Below, piece after piece: positions 59,608-64,000 of a DNA stretch of 64,000 bases (positions within the stretch are counted from its first letter, which is position 1; each line of letters starts with the position of its first letter). The notes under the pieces were generated by a model. It was not told the origin of the DNA and ran no database searches. It worked only from the letters and a program-made list of their open reading frames with translations. The DNA is from Clostridiaceae bacterium (lineage in GTDB: Bacteria > Bacillota > Clostridia > DUPQ01): NCBI GenBank assembly GCA_012838235.1, contig DUPQ01000008.1:4523-68522 (forward strand). The letters run 5' to 3'. The translations under genes were made by a program, and so were the position numbers.

Positions 59608-62097
59608 ATGAAAAATCTGCATTTAGTTTGTAACGCACACATTGATCCGGTATGGATGTGGAATCTTGATGAAGGTATTGCGGAGACTCTTTCAACATTC
59701 AGGGTATGTGCCGAGTTTTGTGAAGAATATGACGGATTCATATTCAATCACAATGAATCGCTGCTGTATGAATGGGTGGAAAGATACGAGCCTGCACTTT
59801 TCAAACGTATTCAGAAACTGGTTAAAGAGAAAAAATGGCATATCATGGGAGGTTGGTTTATTCAACCCGACTGCAATATTCCCACCGGAGAGAGTTTCGT
59901 AAGACAGATATTGGAAGGACACAACTACTTTATGGAAAAATTCGGTACTTTCCCGACAACATGTATAAATTTCGACGCATTCGGACATACAAGGGGGTTG
60001 GTGGATATTTTAAAAAACAGCGGATATGACTCTTATCTGTTCTGCCGTCCCGAGCCGGACATGATTGATCTTCCCGATGAGGATTTTCTTTGGGAAGGAT
60101 TTGGCGGAGAAACCATAATGTGTAACCGTGCTTTCAATTCTTATGAATCGCACAGAGGGGAAGCGCATGAAAAGATAAAATCCTGGATGGATAAGAATCG
60201 CCACAGAAAGGTGGGTATGGTACTGTGGGGTATAGGAAATCACGGCGGCGGACCTTCCAGAATTGATTTTAAAAACATAGCACAACTGGCAAAGAAGGAG
60301 AAGGACTTCAATATAATTCATTCCACTCCCGAAGCATATTTTGCCGAACTGGATGAGAAAAAGTTGCCGGTATTCAAAAAGACACTTAATCCGAGGTATA
60401 TCGGATGCTATACATCGCAGATTCGCATTAAACAGTTGCACAGACAGTTGGAAAACGAGTTGTATACAACGGAAAAGATGGCTGCACATGCATCTTTCTT
60501 AAAACTTATGAAGTATCCTGCGGACAGGATACGGACGGCAACAAAAGACATGCTGTTTATGGAATTCCATGACATATTGCCGGGCACCTCAATACAGTCG
60601 GTGGAAGACTATTCCATAGCTTTAGCGGGACACGGTTTGGATGAATTGGGCAAAGTTAAGACTCAGGCCTTCATTTCACTGTGCTCCGGTCAGAAAAAAG
60701 CAAACGAAGGAGAGATTCCGTTGCTGGTATACAATCCTCATCCTTATGAGGTACCGTATATTGTCGAGTGTGAATATCAGTTGGCGGACCAGAATAAAAA
60801 CAGAAATATATTTGCCAATCCCGTAGTTTACCGAAACGGTAAGAAACTGCCCTGTCAGGTGGAGAAAGAAGACTCCAACTTCAATGTTGACTGGAGAAAG
60901 AAATCGGTATTCTACGCTATGCTGAAACCCTGTCAGATAAACAGGTTTGATGTCAGAATAGAGATGATTGATGCAAAACCGTTGCCTAAGGTAAGACAGA
61001 CAAAGGATATGTTCATATTCAAGACAAAAGAATTGCTTGTTCATATTTCCAAGCTTACCGGAACAATAGATAAGTATGAAGTAAAAGGCATAGACTACTT
61101 AAAGAAGAATGCTTTTCTTCCCGTAGTTGTCAAAGACGATGAAAACTCCTGGGCGCACAAGGAAAAGAGTTTCAGAAACACCGAAGGATTCTTCAAAGTC
61201 ATGGACAAAGAAGAAGGTAATTATTTCTCCGGCATAATTGATGAGAACAAGATTGAAAGCGTCAGAGCAATTGAAGACGGTCCGGTAAGAACTATAATTG
61301 AAGCGGTTATGAAGTATGACAACTCCTTCATATGCATAAGATATCATCTGCCAAAGAGAGGTACACAGGTCAAAGTGACTGTAAGAGTATACTGGAACGA
61401 GAAGATGAAAATGCTTAAACTGTCAATTCCCACAACAATAGAAAATGCTTGTTATACGGGACAGCAGGCTTACGGTTCGGAACAACTGCTTACCGACGGT
61501 AACGAAAATGTCAGTCATAAATGGAATATCCTGTATAACAAAGATTATGCGGTCAGTGTCATAAATGACTGCACATACGGTTCCGATGTGTTGGACGGAG
61601 AGATAAGGATTTCGCTTCTCAGATCGGCCGGCTATGCAGCAGGAAAATCCGACTTTTCGGTTAGGAACAAATACATTATGCCGCAGGACAGATTTTCACC
61701 GTATATGGATCAGGGGGAAAGACAATACGAATTTTGGCTGGATGCTTCCGAAACAACCGAAAGATTCAACAAAGTGGAAAGAGAAGCGGCTGTATGTAAT
61801 GAAAAACCCATGGCATTATCTTTCTTCCCGACAGGTGCCGGAAAGAGGGTGCGACCGTTTGCCATACTGAGTGACGATGTTATCACCATGCCGGTATTCA
61901 AAAGAAGCGAAGACCGAAAGGGGTATATAATAAGGTTGTTCAATCCGACCGATACAAAGAAGACTACAAAACTGTCATTACCCCTTTTCAGATGGGAAAG
62001 AGAATTCACACTGGACAAGTATCAGGTCAGATCCTTCAGATTTGATGTAAAAACCAAACAGGTTACCGAAACCGATCTTATAGAAAGGGATATATAA
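59608..62097 (+). CDS. alpha-mannosidase (GH38), cytoplasmic
   Basis: N-terminus LHLVCNAHIDPVWMWN (GH38 metal site), GNHGGGP, and 829 aa with the expected C-terminal beta domains. No signal peptide. Confidence 0.88.
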   Translation: MKNLHLVCNAHIDPVWMWNLDEGIAETLSTFRVCAEFCEEYDGFIFNHNESLLYEWVERYEPALFKRIQKLVKEKKWHIMGGWFIQPDCNIPTGESFVRQILEGHNYFMEKFGTFPTTCINFDAFGHTRGLVDILKNSGYDSYLFCRPEPDMIDLPDEDFLWEGFGGETIMCNRAFNSYESHRGEAHEKIKSWMDKNRHRKVGMVLWGIGNHGGGPSRIDFKNIAQLAKKEKDFNIIHSTPEAYFAELDEKKLPVFKKTLNPRYIGCYTSQIRIKQLHRQLENELYTTEKMAAHASFLKLMKYPADRIRTATKDMLFMEFHDILPGTSIQSVEDYSIALAGHGLDELGKVKTQAFISLCSGQKKANEGEIPLLVYNPHPYEVPYIVECEYQLADQNKNRNIFANPVVYRNGKKLPCQVEKEDSNFNVDWRKKSVFYAMLKPCQINRFDVRIEMIDAKPLPKVRQTKDMFIFKTKELLVHISKLTGTIDKYEVKGIDYLKKNAFLPVVVKDDENSWAHKEKSFRNTEGFFKVMDKEEGNYFSGIIDENKIESVRAIEDGPVRTIIEAVMKYDNSFICIRYHLPKRGTQVKVTVRVYWNEKMKMLKLSIPTTIENACYTGQQAYGSEQLLTDGNENVSHKWNILYNKDYAVSVINDCTYGSDVLDGEIRISLLRSAGYAAGKSDFSVRNKYIMPQDRFSPYMDQGERQYEFWLDASETTERFNKVEREAAVCNEKPMALSFFPTGAGKRVRPFAILSDDVITMPVFKRSEDRKGYIIRLFNPTDTKKTTKLSLPLFRWEREFTLDKYQVRSFRFDVKTKQVTETDLIERDI

Positions 62098-62123
62098 AAG
62101 GAAGCCTTCGGGCTTCTTTTTTT
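62098..62123 (+). terminator. rho-independent terminator after the GH38 gene
   Basis: GAAGCC-TTCG-GGCTTC hairpin (62101-62116) followed by seven T. Confidence 0.85.
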
Positions 62124-62197
62124 CCCGAAAAACACAAAAAACCGCCTGCATGTCACAGTGGACAATAATCAGGCCTTGTAGTAAAATGTGTTAGCAC

Positions 62198-62273
62198 CGG
62201 GGTGTAGCGCAGTTGGTAGCGCGCATGGTTTGGGACCATGATGCCGCAGGTTCAAGTCCTGTCACTCCGACCA
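62198..62273 (+). tRNA. tRNA-Pro (anticodon TGG)
   Basis: 76 nt, CGGGGTGTAGCGCAGTTGGTAGCGCG...GGTTCAAGTCC...CACTCCGACCA. Anticodon stem CATGG/CCATG with loop TTTGGGA, and an encoded CCA. Confidence 0.92.
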
Positions 62274-62405
62274 GAAAAGAACGCCGGACCTCTTTCTCGA
62301 ACGGAAAGCAATCAGCCAGGCGCAGTACAACAAGAGTCTCGGAGACCTGGCCGAAAAGATGGGCTATAAAAATATATAGACAAATCAGAATTTGTGGAGG
62401 TGCTA

Positions 62406-63260
62406 ATGAATACTATATGGTCAGATAATGTTCAAGGGATTCAGACTCTTTATCTCAGCCGTAAATTGAGATTTGATGATGTGTTTTTTTGCCAATACAG
62501 GGATTCTTTTAATATAGACAAAGATGCAGAATTAAAGATATTAGAGATCGGCTGTGGACCCGGCGCGCTTGCTGAGGCGATGCATAGGTGGTATCCGAAT
62601 GCTCAAATAACAGCGATTGATCGAGATAGTAACTTTATTTCTTTCGGTAGGCATAATGTGGCAGGCGTTGAATTCATTGAAGGAGATGCAGAACATCTTC
62701 CGTTTGCGGATAACACATTTGATGTAACGATATCCAATACAGTTCAAGAGCATATTGAGCCTAATGCTTTTTTGAGTGAACAGTACCGTGTTTTGAAACC
62801 GGGCGGTATATGCCTTTGCCTTTCTACAAGAAAGGAATTGTCTTGTATTGCGCCGTGTCTGAAAATCACAAAAGAAGAGGAAGAATTTTGGAAATCTGTT
62901 ACCTCAGAAAAGATACTGGAAGAATATGGAGTATGCCAATATCCTATGTCTGAAGCGGAGCTTCCTGCTTCTATGGAACAGCATTGTTTTAAAGATGTTA
63001 CAACAAATTATGCTATTATCAATCTGACTCCCGACAAACCGGAATATTCGGTTACAATGGGGGAAAGAATAATCAAATCAATGCGTCAGACTAATTTGGA
63101 GTCTATTGCAATTGCATCAGCACATTCAACAGAGTATAAAAGAGCAATTGATGCAGTAAAGTCTAAGTTTGACGAGCGACTTCGCTTGTACGGCGAGGGA
63201 ATAAAACAGTGGGACACATCTGTTTTAATTATAATGATTATTCGCGGCAAAAAAAGATAA
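62406..63260 (+). CDS. class I SAM-dependent methyltransferase
   Basis: ATG 62406 behind GGAGGTG. Motif I ILEIGCGPGALA, an acidic post-I residue (AIDRD), and motif II-like FDVTISN. Substrate unknown. Confidence 0.8.
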   Translation: MNTIWSDNVQGIQTLYLSRKLRFDDVFFCQYRDSFNIDKDAELKILEIGCGPGALAEAMHRWYPNAQITAIDRDSNFISFGRHNVAGVEFIEGDAEHLPFADNTFDVTISNTVQEHIEPNAFLSEQYRVLKPGGICLCLSTRKELSCIAPCLKITKEEEEFWKSVTSEKILEEYGVCQYPMSEAELPASMEQHCFKDVTTNYAIINLTPDKPEYSVTMGERIIKSMRQTNLESIAIASAHSTEYKRAIDAVKSKFDERLRLYGEGIKQWDTSVLIIMIIRGKKR

Positions 63261-63280
63261 ATTTCAGTTTATCGGGATAG

Positions 63281-63308
63281 AAAAAAGACAGACAAATCCC
63301 GGTTTGTC
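63281..63308 (-). terminator. rho-independent terminator of the minus-strand Fic gene
   Basis: Hairpin GACAAA-TCCCGG-TTTGTC (63291-63308). On the minus strand it is followed by TGTCTTTTTT (63290-63281). Confidence 0.6.
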
Positions 63309-63354
63309 AAGCAAAACAAAATGACTTTATAATAAAGATAGAAGAAAAGGGTGT

Positions 63355-64000
63355 TTAAATCTTGATATATTTTGTTGAGCGTCCACTACCTACTTGTCTT
63401 ATTTTTTCGTTTTCCTTTAATTCTTTTAAGGCTCTTTCTATTGTCCTTTGAGATATGTCAGGACAAAGCATTACAAGATCTCCCTTAGAAAGAGGTTCCA
63501 GCGATTTTTGAATAACTGCCAATACTCTTTCAGGTGATGATAATGTCTTATCTCCTATCAGCTTAAATCTATTGTCACACTCTTCATAAGCTTTTAGAAT
63601 AATCCCCAACATGTATTTAATAAACGGTAATTCGTCATTCTCGCCTGTATGCCATTTTTCACTTGAATTTTGAAGTTCTTCATAGTAAGAATTTTTGCTA
63701 TCTTCAATCAGCATCTCAATACTTATATATCTTCCGACAAAATAGTTGAATTTATATAAGAGAAGAAGTGTTAATATTCTGCTCATTCTTCCGTTTCCAT
63801 CGTCAAATGGATGTATGCACAAAAAATCGTGGATAAGAACAGGTATCAAAATAAGCGGTGGAATATTTGCTTCAACGGCTTTTCTATAAGCTTCTACCAT
63901 TTCATCGAAATACTTTTCCGTTTCAAAACTGCTTACCGGTCTAAATCTTACTTTTCTGTTCCCCAAGCTATCGACTTCAACAATGGTATTATCCATCGTC
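63355..64000 (-). CDS. Fic family protein with C-terminal winged-HTH (N-terminus beyond window edge)
   Basis: Canonical Fic loop HPFDDGNGRMSR and a C-terminal wHTH-like LCPDISQRTIERALKELKENEKIRQVGSGRSTKY. The frame stays open to nt 64000, so the Met at 63996 is probably internal. Confidence 0.85.
   Translation of the reverse strand, partial: TMDNTIVEVDSLGNRKVRFRPVSSFETEKYFDEMVEAYRKAVEANIPPLILIPVLIHDFLCIHPFDDGNGRMSRILTLLLLYKFNYFVGRYISIEMLIEDSKNSYYEELQNSSEKWHTGENDELPFIKYMLGIILKAYEECDNRFKLIGDKTLSSPERVLAVIQKSLEPLSKGDLVMLCPDISQRTIERALKELKENEKIRQVGSGRSTKYIKI

Noticed and set aside
62213-62428. 71-aa + strand ORF from the track
   Set aside because: It starts inside tRNA-Pro and runs through the spacer into the methyltransferase RBS. 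The tRNA call explains the 5' part, and ATG 62406 behind GGAGGTG explains the 3' part.
1-64000. CRISPR arrays, IS elements/transposases, integrases, rRNA, prophage structural genes
   Set aside because: I looked for regularly spaced 25-40-nt repeats in all intergenic regions longer than 90 nt and for recombinase- or transposase-like ORFs. I found none.

Overview
64-kb chromosomal window from a low-GC Gram-positive anaerobe. Gene content and order look like Bacillota, Clostridia-like; I cannot name the species. I call 52 protein genes, mostly on the + strand, and two tRNAs (Ala-GGC, Pro-TGG). The backbone is core housekeeping: the metG 3' end, def-fmt-rlmN-stp-prkC-rsgA-rpe, rqcH, rpoB-rpoC-ybxF-rpsL-rpsG-fusA-tuf, tig-clpP-clpX-uppP-tsaD and mscL. 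Carbohydrate genes are interleaved: an orphan MsmK/MsmX-like ABC ATPase, a GH78 rhamnosidase, a GH38 mannosidase and an unassigned six-hairpin GH-like protein. There are also several small accessory insertions. I saw no CRISPR array, rRNA, transposase or integrase. Items most worth a second look: (1) A two-gene operon at 4225-6266 encodes an HTH-Fic adenylyltransferase (canonical active-site loop plus an N-terminal inhibitory motif) and an uncharacterised partner. The partner combines a McrB-N-terminal-like module, a coiled coil and a PcrA/UvrD-Tudor-like C-terminus, and the pair sits where priA normally lies in front of def-fmt. (2) A tRNA-Ala-adjacent islet carries an AbiEi/AbiEii cassette bracketed by 12-nt direct repeats, followed by an AAA/DUF4143 ATPase-nuclease-like gene with repeat operators. 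(3) A DUF5320 gene lies behind a near-consensus promoter with a perfect 16-nt palindrome. (4) A transporter-less, regulator-less cluster holds two URO-D-like proteins, an amidohydrolase and a GH-like protein. (5) An orphan near-consensus promoter drives a structured transcript upstream of mscL. (6) A tRNA-Pro-adjacent segment has a GC-rich coding remnant, a methyltransferase and a second Fic gene. All functional calls come from by-eye motif recognition; no database search was run.
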